A stretch of DNA of 32,000 nt from Schaalia odontolytica (GTDB lineage: Bacteria > Actinomycetota > Actinomycetes > Actinomycetales > Actinomycetaceae): the NCBI RefSeq assembly GCF_005696695.1, contig NZ_CP040006.1, positions 2,040,001 to 2,072,000 on the forward strand, read 5' to 3'. Shown one piece after another: positions 8,404-17,365 of the stretch. The translations under genes and the position numbers were made by a program. Position 1 is the stretch's first letter, and every line of letters begins with the position of its first letter. The notes under the pieces were generated by a model. The model searched no databases. It had not been told where the DNA came from and was given only the letters and a program-made list of their open reading frames with translations.

Positions 8404-9885
8404 GTGAAAGCAACTATCATGCCTCTCCTCAGCACCGCAGCGATCGCCGTCGCTGCCACTGTCTTTTTCCTCCTGTTCCTGTGGGCAAGCTTCGTCTCCG
8501 CGTCGCCAGGCGAAATTAAGGTGATCTCCGGCCCCCGAGGCCAGCGCGTCCTGCACGGCAAGACGGGCTGGAAAGTTCCCCTGCTAGAGCGCGTGGACAC
8601 CATGACCGCCTCGATGATTTCCGTCGACGCGCAGACCACGGACTTCGTCCCCACGAACGACTACATCAACGTGCGCGTCGACGCGGCCGTCAAGGTCCGT
8701 ATCGCGACCGACGACCCGACGCTGTTCCGCGCGGCGACGCGTAACTTCCTGTACAAGACGACCGCCGAGATCTCCGAGGAGGTGCGTGACACCCTCGAGG
8801 GCCACCTGCGCGCCATTATCGGTCAGATGCGACTGACCGACATCATCACCGACCGCGCGGCCTTCTCCGAGCGCGTCCAGGAGAACGCGAAGCAGGACCT
8901 GGAGGAGATGGGCCTCGAGATCGTCGCCTTCAACATCCAGAACGTGACCGACCAGAACGGCGTCATCGACAACCTCGGTATCGACAACACGGAGCAGATC
9001 CGCAAGACCGCGGCCATCGCGAAGGCGAACGCGCAGAAGGAGGTCGCGCAGGCGACCGCCGTCGCCCAGAAGGAAGCCAACGACGCCCAGGTCGCCTCCC
9101 AGCTGGAGATCGCCCAGAAGCAGACGGACCTCGCCAAGCGCCAGGCCGCTCTGAAGGTCGAGGCCGACACCGAGAAGGCAAAGGCCGACGCCGCCTACGA
9201 GATCCAGTCCCAGATTCAGCGCCGCGACATTGAGCGCGAGACCGCGCAGGCCGACATCGTCAAGCAGGAGCAGCAGGCCGTCATCAAGGAGAAGGAAGTC
9301 GTCGTCACCAAGCAGGCCCTGCAGGCCGAGGTGAACGCAAAGGCCGATGCCGACCGCTACGCCGCCGAAAAGAAGGCCGACGCGGCCCTGTACGCGCGTC
9401 AGCGCCAGGCCGAGGCCGAGGCGTTCGAACGCACCAAGAAGGCCGACGCCGACAAGCAGGCCATGCTCGCCGAGGCGCAGGGTATTGAGGCTCGAGGCCG
9501 CGCCGAGGCCTCCGCGATCGCTGCGAAGCTGACGGCCGAGGCCGAGGGTCTCGAGAAGAAGGCCGAGGCCATGACCAAGATGAACCAGGCGGCCGTGTTG
9601 GAAATGTACTTCCGTGCGCTGCCCGAGGTGGCACGCGCCGTGGCCGAGCCCCTCTCCAAGGTCGACACCATCACGATGTACGGCGAGGGCAACAACGCCC
9701 AGATGGTCGGCGACATTACGAAGTCGATCAGCCAGATCAACGCGGGCCTGGGCGATTCGTTGGGCCTGGACCTGCAGCAGATGTTCACGGCGCTCGTGGG
9801 CGCCAAGGTCGTCTCCCCGACGATCTCCGACGCGGTTGCGGAGGGCGTGCGCGACGCCTCCGTCCCGAATCCTCCGCAGGAGTGA
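8404..9885 (+). CDS. Flotillin family protein (SPFH/Band 7 domain, FloT/YuaG-like)
   Basis: N-terminal membrane segment LLSTAAIAVAATVFFLLFLWASFV. SPFH block PGEIKVISGPRGQRVLHGKTGWKVPLLERVDTMTASMISVD...INVRVDAAVKVRI. A long Ala/Glu/Lys/Gln coiled-coil region follows (AQKEVAQATAVAQKEANDAQVASQLEIAQKQ...). The start is GTG 8404 per the track; ATG 8419 is an alternative. Confidence 0.85.
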   Translation: MKATIMPLLSTAAIAVAATVFFLLFLWASFVSASPGEIKVISGPRGQRVLHGKTGWKVPLLERVDTMTASMISVDAQTTDFVPTNDYINVRVDAAVKVRIATDDPTLFRAATRNFLYKTTAEISEEVRDTLEGHLRAIIGQMRLTDIITDRAAFSERVQENAKQDLEEMGLEIVAFNIQNVTDQNGVIDNLGIDNTEQIRKTAAIAKANAQKEVAQATAVAQKEANDAQVASQLEIAQKQTDLAKRQAALKVEADTEKAKADAAYEIQSQIQRRDIERETAQADIVKQEQQAVIKEKEVVVTKQALQAEVNAKADADRYAAEKKADAALYARQRQAEAEAFERTKKADADKQAMLAEAQGIEARGRAEASAIAAKLTAEAEGLEKKAEAMTKMNQAAVLEMYFRALPEVARAVAEPLSKVDTITMYGEGNNAQMVGDITKSISQINAGLGDSLGLDLQQMFTALVGAKVVSPTISDAVAEGVRDASVPNPPQE

Positions 9886-9968
9886 GCGAGGCCCACGCTC
9901 AACGCGGGCGGTAGCCACCTGCACCGCGGGCGCGGCGCGACCGCTTGTGAAGCGGACCGCTCGTGATA

Positions 9969-9998
9969 CGGGGCGGGATCCTACGGGGTCCCGCCCCG
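9969..9998 (+). terminator. Perfect 10-bp GC hairpin downstream of flotillin
   Basis: CGGGGCGGGA (9969-9978) and TCCCGCCCCG (9989-9998) with a 10-nt loop, 84 nt after the stop. No T-tract. Confidence 0.45.
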
Positions 9999-10035
9999 CT
10001 GCCGCACCCCGACACACCCCCACCATCGGCATTTC

Positions 10036-10112
10036 CGCGAAAAAACTCGCCCAGCACGCCATAAGACGCCGATTTTTGGCTCTTTGGAGCATGCTGGGCG
10101 AACTTTTTCGCG
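10036..10112. repeat. Imperfect 21-bp inverted repeat with A-tract/T-tract flanks (bidirectional-terminator-like)
   Basis: CGCGAAAAAACTCGCCCAGCA (10036-10056) against TGCTGGGCGAACTTTTTCGCG (10092-10112). 19 of 21 positions are complementary, with a 35-nt spacer. A related third copy, GGGCGAAAAAAATCGCG, lies at 10137-10153. Confidence 0.6.
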
Positions 10113-10177
10113 TTCGCGCGCACTCTTGGCCGAGCAGGGCGAAAAAAATCGCGTACAGTGCACTCCGACGCGGGGCT

Positions 10178-10342
10178 TTGAAACCCACAACACCAATGCT
10201 CGCCCCCGAACAGCAACCATTGAAACCAACGACACCTTTGCACCCGGAAACTGCACCAAAAACGCTCGTTTCTCGCCCGCAAAGGTGGTGGCGGTTTCAA
10301 TCCCACGCATGCACGCACAAGCAAAGGCGATGGCGGTTTCAG
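10178..10342. repeat. Symmetric array of four 22-bp elements (two direct, two inverted), 42-bp phasing
   Basis: Copies: TTGAAACCCACAACACCAATGC (10178-10199); TTGAAACCAACGACACCTTTGC (10220-10241); GCAAAGGTGGTGGCGGTTTCAA (10279-10300); GCAAAGGCGATGGCGGTTTCAG (10321-10342). Consensus is TTGAAACC-N6-ACCTTTGC. All four are mirror-symmetric about position 10260. The spacers between elements are not complementary. Confidence 0.7.
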
Positions 10343-10747
10343 ACGAGCGTGCTGCCTGTCGTGCAGACCCATAGGCAAGCCACAAGACTTGGGCCTGGCT
10401 GCGGCACCCGTGGGCGGCGGCAGGGCCTGACCGCTCACAGCGATAAGCCCCGACCGATAGGAGGCCGCCGCGGGGCCTGCGGGGCCTGGCCGGGCTTCGA
10501 GACGACGCGCCGAGCCACACGTCAGCACACCCAGCCCCACTGGTGTGGAGGGCGCCGGAGGGACCGGAGGGCACGGGCGGGCTTCGAGGCGCGGCGCCGA
10601 ACGAAGTGAGGACGCCTAGCCTCGCGGGCGGCCGGGCCCTCCGGCGCCCGGAACACCCGTGGGGCCACAAGCAACACGAAGCCGCCCAGCCCCTGTGGGG
10701 CCGGGCGGCTCACGCATCAGGCCGCTAGGCAGCTCTCAGCGATTGTT

Positions 10748-11773
<1,026 letters not shown>

Positions 11774-11835
11774 TTGGAGCCTCCTAATCGAGTGACAGTT
11801 TTGTCGTGATAGATTCTCTCACATTTTGCACGAGC

Positions 11836-11885
11836 GGGGAGGGGAAGGAAGTCCCGTTTGGACGGTTTTCTTCCAACCCCTCCCC
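11836..11885 (-). terminator. Long hairpin terminator after the GH20 gene
   Basis: GGGGAGGGG (11836-11844) pairs with CCCCTCCCC (11877-11885), with an inner GGAAG/CTTCC stem. It lies 13 nt after the GH20 stop and separates that gene from fbaA. Confidence 0.65.
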
Positions 11886-11897
11886 CACTGCTATGCG

Positions 11898-14800
11898 TCA
11901 GTTGGAGCGGCCGATGCGGACTCCGAGTTCGGCGACGGACATGACGTCCGTCAGGTCCTTAGCAACGTCGGCCTGGGCCGAGGTGCCGCGGAACCGGAGG
12001 TAGGAGCCGTTGCCCGCAACCGGGATGTCGACGGTGTCGGGGGTGTTGGCCAGGGTCGTCGCGAGGACGGGGTTGCCCTGAGCCTTCACGTCGGCCTTGT
12101 TGTCGCCCTGCCCCTTGAGGGCGTCGCGCGATCCAGCGAGGTAGATCTGGACGTCCTTGGCGCGGCCCGAGGCCTTGGGGCCGTTACCGGCGCGCGGCGT
12201 GTACGTGACGGCGCAGACGTCGTATCCGGTGGAGCCGTTGCCGATCTTCAGGTCGATCCAGTGGGGCCACTTGCGGGCGTTGTCGGTGCCGGGCAGCTTG
12301 GCCTTGTTGGCGTCGATGTACTGGGAGTGCCAGTAGGTCGCGGGGTCACCGTCGGTGGCCATGGATTCCTTGCCGCGCTCCCAGCGTGTTTCGACGGAGT
12401 CCGCTGCCACGGCCGCGACCTCGATGCGCGGGCCGCACACGCCGATCAGGCCTTCGCTGGCCACGGTCTTCTCACCGGAGTGCGAGACGGTGACTGTGAA
12501 GGTCGCTTCACCGAACTCGGTGGTGGGGCGTGCCCAGAACTTCACGACGCGTGTCTCGCCGGGGGCGAGGCGGTCGATCGGCTGGGGTCCGTTGGCGAGC
12601 TTCCAGGAGTTGGAGACGGCGGGGGTCAGGTGGATCTTGGTGGCGTCCGTGGTGCCCTTGTTGGTGACGGAGACCTCGAGGACGGTTTCGCCCCAGTTCT
12701 CGTCGCCGATGATGGGCAGGGAGTTGCGATCCATGCCGGACAGGGCGGTCTTCGGGTAGGCCTCGTCACCGACGCGTTTGATGCTCACATCGAGGGCCGA
12801 GGAGGCCTGGGAGGTGAGGGTGAAGACCGAGTGGCTGTTGACGGTGACGTCGAACGGCAGCTGCGCGACGGTGCCTTCGGCGGTCTTCTCGCCACCGTTG
12901 GGGCGACGCGACAGGTAGCCGGAGTCGATGACGCTCAGGTACTGGTTGGTCATGGCGTTGCGCAGGCGGAAGCCGTCGCCGGCGGGTTCCGCGACCCACT
13001 TCTGGGGGTTACGCGTCGCGTAGTCGCCCTGGAACGTGGGGGTGAACTCCTGGCTCGTGTCGGCGCACCCGTAGGCGGTTACCGGGTGTCCGGGGGTCGT
13101 CGACACGTGGGACTCGGAGTTAGGCGTTTCCTCGGAGTAGACGGCGAGGCAGCGGTTCGCGTTGACCGAGCGGATCTGGTAGTAGCCGTCGGGGGTGGCG
13201 GCCAGCTCCCAGTTATCGGAGGCAGTGCCCGCGGTCGGGGTAGTACCGGACACGCTCAGGGCTCGCCCGTCGGACAGCGCAATCGTGTACTGGCCGGGGG
13301 CGAGGGTGTCGCGCGTGGGGTCGACGTAGGTGGAGGGCTCACCCAGGGCCTTGATGCGCGCCTTGAAAGCCTCAACGTTGCCGTCGGCCTTGGGGGTCTT
13401 GGCGTTCCAGAACATCTGGGCGCCGTAGCGCAGGCCTTCGGTGACCCAGGCTTCGGCCTCGTGGTCGGTGACCTTGCCGTGGCCACCCTGCCAGATGGAG
13501 ACCTTGCCGCCGCGGATGGAGGCGTCGGGAACCTTGTAGTCCTCGTTCTGGTAGAACTTGTTCATGTTCCAGTCTTTGTCCTTGTACACGCCCTCGAGGC
13601 CCTTCACCTGCATGACGTAGGAGGAAGGCTGGTCGCGGTAGTAGTACAGCGCGGAGGAGGCGTTGACGACGGTGTAACCCGCGTCGACGAGGGTCTTGAC
13701 GGGCAGGCCGCGGTTGGCGTCCTTCTTGCTGGATTCGCCCTTGCCCCAGTATTCGATGATGACGTCCTTGTCGACCGGGATGCGCGAGATGTCGGCGATG
13801 CCGTCGTTCCACACGCGCAGCGTGCCGCCGCGAGACTTGACGTGCGCGTTGACCTTGTTGATGAAGTCATTGAACGCGGCGTCGAAGGTCATGGACTGGT
13901 CGCCGTAGTGGCTGCGAATCTGTGCGAGGTACTTCTTGAACTCGCCGGGGCCCTGCTTGAAGAAGAACTCGTCGGCGCCCATGTGCCATTCGGTGGAGCC
14001 GAAGGTGTCCATGTACTCGTCGATGAGGTCGAAGTAGAACTGCTGGGCGGCGGGGTCGATGAAGTTGAGGTGGTTGGGGCTCTTCTTGCCGGAGTCGTCG
14101 GAAACCTGGTACTGCGGGAAGTTGCCGAGGATGGTGCCGGTGTGGCCGGGGGCGTTGAGGAGCGGGACGACGCGAACGCCGACCTCGCGGCCGTGCTCGA
14201 CGATCGCCTTGACTTCATCCTTCGTGTAGTAGGAGAAGGAGGTGGTGGCGGGGTACTTGTCGGACTTGATGCGCAACTCGAGGGACAGGTAGTTCATCTT
14301 CAGGTCGGACATGCGGTCGATCTGTCGGGTGATCCAGTCCGGGGTGATGTGGGTGCCGCAGGCGCACAGGGTGGCGCCACGGTCGGCGAAGCGCGGAATG
14401 TCGGTGATGCTACCGGCGGGCACGGTGCCCTGGCCGGCGCGCACAGCCTGTTCGATGGTGCGGGCACCCCACAGGAGGCCGGAGCGGGTGGCGGCCACGA
14501 CCTGGGCACCGTTTGCGCTGACGGTCAGCTGGTAGCCCTCATCACCGAGGTCGGTGCGGGACGCGTTGATCGTGAGGGAGACGGCGTTGGAGGCGGGGGC
14601 TGCGCCGGTACCCTCGGTGATGCCGGTGATGCCGGCGTCGGTGAGAGCGCGGCTCAGCAGGGCACTGACGCCGGCAGCGTCGGCGGAGTCAGTGCGGACG
14701 ATCTGCAGTCCGCTGGCAGGAGTCCAGGAGCCCGAGGCCGGGGCCCATCCTTCGAGGGAGGGGATCGTTCCGGGGACTTGGCTGGCCGCCTGCGCGTTCA

Positions 14801-14927
14801 GGTGGGAGGTCAGGGGGACGAGGACCGCGGCGACGAGGGCACACACGGACGCGAGGATGAGCGCGACTTTCGCTCGGGTGCGCGCGAGCCGCGGCGCCCG
14901 CGCATGGCTTGGCGATGACTGAGGCAT
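11898..14927 (-). CDS. Secreted multidomain GH20 beta-N-acetylhexosaminidase / lacto-N-biosidase-like enzyme with ricin-type lectin and F5/8 type C (discoidin) modules
   Basis: 1009 aa with AGGAG 5-6 nt upstream of the ATG. Basic N-terminus plus hydrophobic signal segment (KVALILASVCALVAAVLVPL). The GH20 catalytic region contains RGATLCACGTHI, LLNAPGHTG and the HMGADEF motif. This is followed by a QxW-containing beta-trefoil-like segment (RCLAVY...QKW) and a C-terminal DGDPATYWHSQY discoidin-like block. No LPXTG motif. Confidence 0.8.
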   Translation of the reverse strand: MPQSSPSHARAPRLARTRAKVALILASVCALVAAVLVPLTSHLNAQAASQVPGTIPSLEGWAPASGSWTPASGLQIVRTDSADAAGVSALLSRALTDAGITGITEGTGAAPASNAVSLTINASRTDLGDEGYQLTVSANGAQVVAATRSGLLWGARTIEQAVRAGQGTVPAGSITDIPRFADRGATLCACGTHITPDWITRQIDRMSDLKMNYLSLELRIKSDKYPATTSFSYYTKDEVKAIVEHGREVGVRVVPLLNAPGHTGTILGNFPQYQVSDDSGKKSPNHLNFIDPAAQQFYFDLIDEYMDTFGSTEWHMGADEFFFKQGPGEFKKYLAQIRSHYGDQSMTFDAAFNDFINKVNAHVKSRGGTLRVWNDGIADISRIPVDKDVIIEYWGKGESSKKDANRGLPVKTLVDAGYTVVNASSALYYYRDQPSSYVMQVKGLEGVYKDKDWNMNKFYQNEDYKVPDASIRGGKVSIWQGGHGKVTDHEAEAWVTEGLRYGAQMFWNAKTPKADGNVEAFKARIKALGEPSTYVDPTRDTLAPGQYTIALSDGRALSVSGTTPTAGTASDNWELAATPDGYYQIRSVNANRCLAVYSEETPNSESHVSTTPGHPVTAYGCADTSQEFTPTFQGDYATRNPQKWVAEPAGDGFRLRNAMTNQYLSVIDSGYLSRRPNGGEKTAEGTVAQLPFDVTVNSHSVFTLTSQASSALDVSIKRVGDEAYPKTALSGMDRNSLPIIGDENWGETVLEVSVTNKGTTDATKIHLTPAVSNSWKLANGPQPIDRLAPGETRVVKFWARPTTEFGEATFTVTVSHSGEKTVASEGLIGVCGPRIEVAAVAADSVETRWERGKESMATDGDPATYWHSQYIDANKAKLPGTDNARKWPHWIDLKIGNGSTGYDVCAVTYTPRAGNGPKASGRAKDVQIYLAGSRDALKGQGDNKADVKAQGNPVLATTLANTPDTVDIPVAGNGSYLRFRGTSAQADVAKDLTDVMSVAELGVRIGRSN

Positions 14928-15145
14928 TAATTCTCCTGTTCAACGGTTTGCTTCCACGCAAACTGTCCAAAGCCCGAATTAAAACGGATGCTCCGTATCC
15001 ATTCCGACTACTTTTTGGCCTGCAAATGCTATCAAAGATCGGAGGATAAAAACAATAGAAACGGTAAAAGATGAGTTAGCCAGCGAGAATATCGGTCAAC
15101 CGGGTTAATTAGTGTATTTCAGTTTGACACTTCGCCCACAAGTCA

Positions 15146-15838
15146 CTAGTTTTGCGCGCCCTCCAGACGCGACGCGTGCGCCCACATAACGATCGCGGCG
15201 GCATGACCAACGTTCATCGACCGAGTCGAACCGCGCTGAGTAATGGCGACGACAATGTCGCACGCCCGGATCATCTCCTCGCTCAATCCGGAGGCCTCGG
15301 ATCCAAAAACGAGGCACGCGCGCTCAGGCAGCACCGCACCTTCGAGCGCGACGGACCCCTCAACGTTGTCAACGCCGACGAGTGCCAAGCCTTCCTTCAA
15401 GCAATGCTCAACGAGTTCACGCACTTCGGGACGGTGATCCACCGGCAGGTAGCGGTCGGTGACCATCGCGCCGCGTCGGTTCCACCGCTTGCGCCCCACG
15501 ACATGCACGCGGCGCGCACCCAGAGCATTCGCCGTTCGCACAATCGACCCGATGTTGAAGTCGTGATCGAGATTCTCCACTGCCACCTCGAAGGGCAGCG
15601 AGCGGGCTGCGATGTCCGCGCGGATCGCGTCCATCGTCCAGTAGCGGTAGCGGTCTTCGACGTTGCGCCGATCCCCCGCCTTCAGGAGCTCCCGGTCGTA
15701 GTGCTCGCCGACCGGCCAGGCGGCCTCCCCACCCGGCCACGGACCGACCCCGACCTGCCCGGACTGCGCGGCCCCGGCCTCGTCGTTCCCGCACGCGCCA
15801 TCACGCGCGATGTCACACCCGTTTTCGAACTCGTTCAC
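15146..15838 (-). CDS. TrmH/SpoU family RNA 2'-O-methyltransferase
   Basis: SpoU motifs are present: NIGSIVRTANALGA, LVFGSEASGLS, ITQRGSTRSMNVGHAAAIVMW. I placed the start at GTG 15838 (VNEFENG...). The track ORF extends to 16234 but would overlap the divergent HAD gene by 360 nt and translates to low-quality sequence. GTG 15847 or ATG 15874 remain possible starts. Confidence 0.8.
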   Translation of the reverse strand: MNEFENGCDIARDGACGNDEAGAAQSGQVGVGPWPGGEAAWPVGEHYDRELLKAGDRRNVEDRYRYWTMDAIRADIAARSLPFEVAVENLDHDFNIGSIVRTANALGARRVHVVGRKRWNRRGAMVTDRYLPVDHRPEVRELVEHCLKEGLALVGVDNVEGSVALEGAVLPERACLVFGSEASGLSEEMIRACDIVVAITQRGSTRSMNVGHAAAIVMWAHASRLEGAQN

Positions 15839-15856
15839 GGATCCCACCCTAGCGGC

Positions 15857-15866
15857 ACCGTAGAAT
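15857..15866. promoter_or_regulatory. Back-to-back -10 elements in the 34-bp trmH/HAD spacer
   Basis: The plus strand has TAGAAT (15861-15866), ending 7 nt before the A of ATG 15873. That implies a leaderless HAD transcript. The minus strand has TACGGT (15862 down to 15857), which fits TANNNT for the methyltransferase. Sequence match only. Confidence 0.35.
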
Positions 15867-15872
15867 GGAGGC

Positions 15873-16694
15873 ATGACTGCCCTGACGCACGAACCAACAC
15901 CCCTGACCGATCTGCCTCCCGTCACCGCGTGGCTCTCCGACATGGACGGCGTCCTGGTCAAGGAGAATCGGGCGCTTCCTGGCGCGAACGAGTTCCTCTC
16001 GGCGCTGCGCGAGAAGAACATCCCCTTCCTGGTCCTCACGAACAATTCGGTGTTCACGAACCGCGACCTGTCCGCGCGCCTGGCGAACTCCGGCCTGGAC
16101 ATCCCCGAGGACAACATCTGGACCTCCGCGAATGCGACGGCCGCGTTCCTGCACCAGCAGTCGCCCGGCTCAACCGCGTACGTGATCGGCGAGGCCGGCC
16201 TGACCACCGCGATCCACACCGCGGGATACGTCATGACGGAGATCGATCCCGAGTTCGTGGTGCTCGGCGAGGTGCGTTCCTACGACTTCCACGCGCTGAC
16301 CCACGCGATCCGCCTCATCGAGGGCGGCGCGAAGTTCATCGCGACCAACCCTGACGTGTCGGGCCCCTCCGACGAAGGAACCCTCCCCGCCTGCGGCGCC
16401 ATCGCGGCGATGATCACGGCGGCGACCGGGAAGAAGCCCTACTTCGTGGGCAAGCCGAACCCCGTCATGATCCGCGCTGGCCTGAACAAGATCGGCGCGC
16501 ACTCCGAGAGCGCCGCCATGGTCGGCGACCGCATGGACACGGACGTGCGCGCGGGCGTCGAGGCCGGCCTGCGCACCCACCTCGTCCTGTCGGGCTCTAC
16601 CGCCCGCGAAGACGTCAACAATTTCCCGTTCCGCCCCTTCGGTATCCACGAGGGCATCGGCGATCTCATTGAGCTCGTCGAGGCGGCGCACTGA
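15873..16694 (+). CDS. HAD-IIA family hydrolase (NagD-like sugar-phosphate phosphatase)
   Basis: Motif I DMDGVL, cap region of NagD type, YFVGKPNP (motif III Lys), GDRMDTD (motif IV). 273 aa. Confidence 0.85.
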   Translation: MTALTHEPTPLTDLPPVTAWLSDMDGVLVKENRALPGANEFLSALREKNIPFLVLTNNSVFTNRDLSARLANSGLDIPEDNIWTSANATAAFLHQQSPGSTAYVIGEAGLTTAIHTAGYVMTEIDPEFVVLGEVRSYDFHALTHAIRLIEGGAKFIATNPDVSGPSDEGTLPACGAIAAMITAATGKKPYFVGKPNPVMIRAGLNKIGAHSESAAMVGDRMDTDVRAGVEAGLRTHLVLSGSTAREDVNNFPFRPFGIHEGIGDLIELVEAAH

Positions 16695-16720
16695 CCCACA
16701 CCGATCCGGAAGGAACACCC

Positions 16721-17290
16721 ATGACCAACGATTCCCACAAGGCGCGCCTGGCTGCCCTCGTCCAGGAGCTGTCCGTCATCCACGAGAAGGTCATCCTGGC
16801 CTCGGGCCGCGAGTCCGACTTCTACGTCGATATGCGCCGTTCGACCCTGCACCACGAGGCGGCCCCCCTCATCGGCCACGTCATGCTGGACCTCCTGGAG
16901 GAGTCCGGCTTCGCGGTCGGCGAGGAGTACGTGGCCGTCGGCGGTCTGACGATGGGCGCTGACCCCGTCGCGACCGCGATGATGCACGCCGCCGCGTCGC
17001 GCGGCCTGGACCTGGACGCATTCGTCGTGCGTAAGGCCGCGAAGGATCACGGCATGAAGCGCCGCATCGAGGGCCCGGACGTCGTGGGTAAGAACGTCGT
17101 CGTCCTCGAGGACACGTCGACGACCGGCGGCTCCCCGCTGGAGGCCGCACTCACGCTGCGCGAGGCCGGCGCGAACGTCGTCGCCGTCGCAGTGATCGTG
17201 GACCGCGCAACGGGCGCGAAGGAGCGCATTGAGGCCGAGGGCTTCCCGTACTTCTACGCGCTGGGCCTGGAGGACATCGGCCTGGCCTGA
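16721..17290 (+). CDS. pyrE: Orotate phosphoribosyltransferase
   Basis: 189 aa with GGAAGGAA RBS. ILASGRESDFYVDMR and the PRPP-binding loop VVVLEDTSTTGGS are typical PyrE blocks. It lies 26 nt downstream of the HAD gene. Confidence 0.95.
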   Translation: MTNDSHKARLAALVQELSVIHEKVILASGRESDFYVDMRRSTLHHEAAPLIGHVMLDLLEESGFAVGEEYVAVGGLTMGADPVATAMMHAAASRGLDLDAFVVRKAAKDHGMKRRIEGPDVVGKNVVVLEDTSTTGGSPLEAALTLREAGANVVAVAVIVDRATGAKERIEAEGFPYFYALGLEDIGLA

Positions 17291-17303
17291 TTCAGCTTGC
17301 ATT

Positions 17304-17350
17304 GACGAGGCCGGGGCCGGGTTCTGCGTGAACCTGGCCCCGGCCTCGTT
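17304..17350. terminator. Bidirectional hairpin between convergent pyrE and SDR genes
   Basis: GACGAGGCCGGGGCC (17304-17318) against GGCCCCGGCCTCGTT (17336-17350). 14 of 15 positions pair, and additional pairing is possible inside the loop. Confidence 0.7.
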
Positions 17351-17365
17351 TCAGTGCACGCGCCC

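Noticed and set aside
8584-10188. 534-aa minus-strand ORF opposite flotillin and running into the spacer
   Set aside because: It lies antisense to a clear SPFH/flotillin gene. The translation is Leu/Gly/Arg/Asp-rich low complexity, with no RBS and no motif.
10178-10342. Possible CRISPR array (22-bp repeats with about 20-bp spacers)
   Set aside because: There are only four copies, and two are in the opposite orientation (mirror symmetry). The repeats are imperfect, and there are no cas genes in the window. This does not match CRISPR architecture.
9614-10670. ORFs inside the flotillin-fba spacer (9614..10609 +, 9899..10540 -, 9981..10670 -, 10084..10374 +)
   Set aside because: Their translations are Arg/Pro/Gly/Cys-rich and contain repeats that merely mirror the DNA repeats. 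They have no RBS and overlap one another. I treat the region as non-coding.
11826-14918. 1030-aa plus-strand ORF opposite the GH20 gene
   Set aside because: Same reasoning. The translation is Gly/Val/Asp/Arg-rich with no recognisable domain, whereas the minus strand encodes a GH20 enzyme with a signal peptide, an RBS and the HMGADEF motif.
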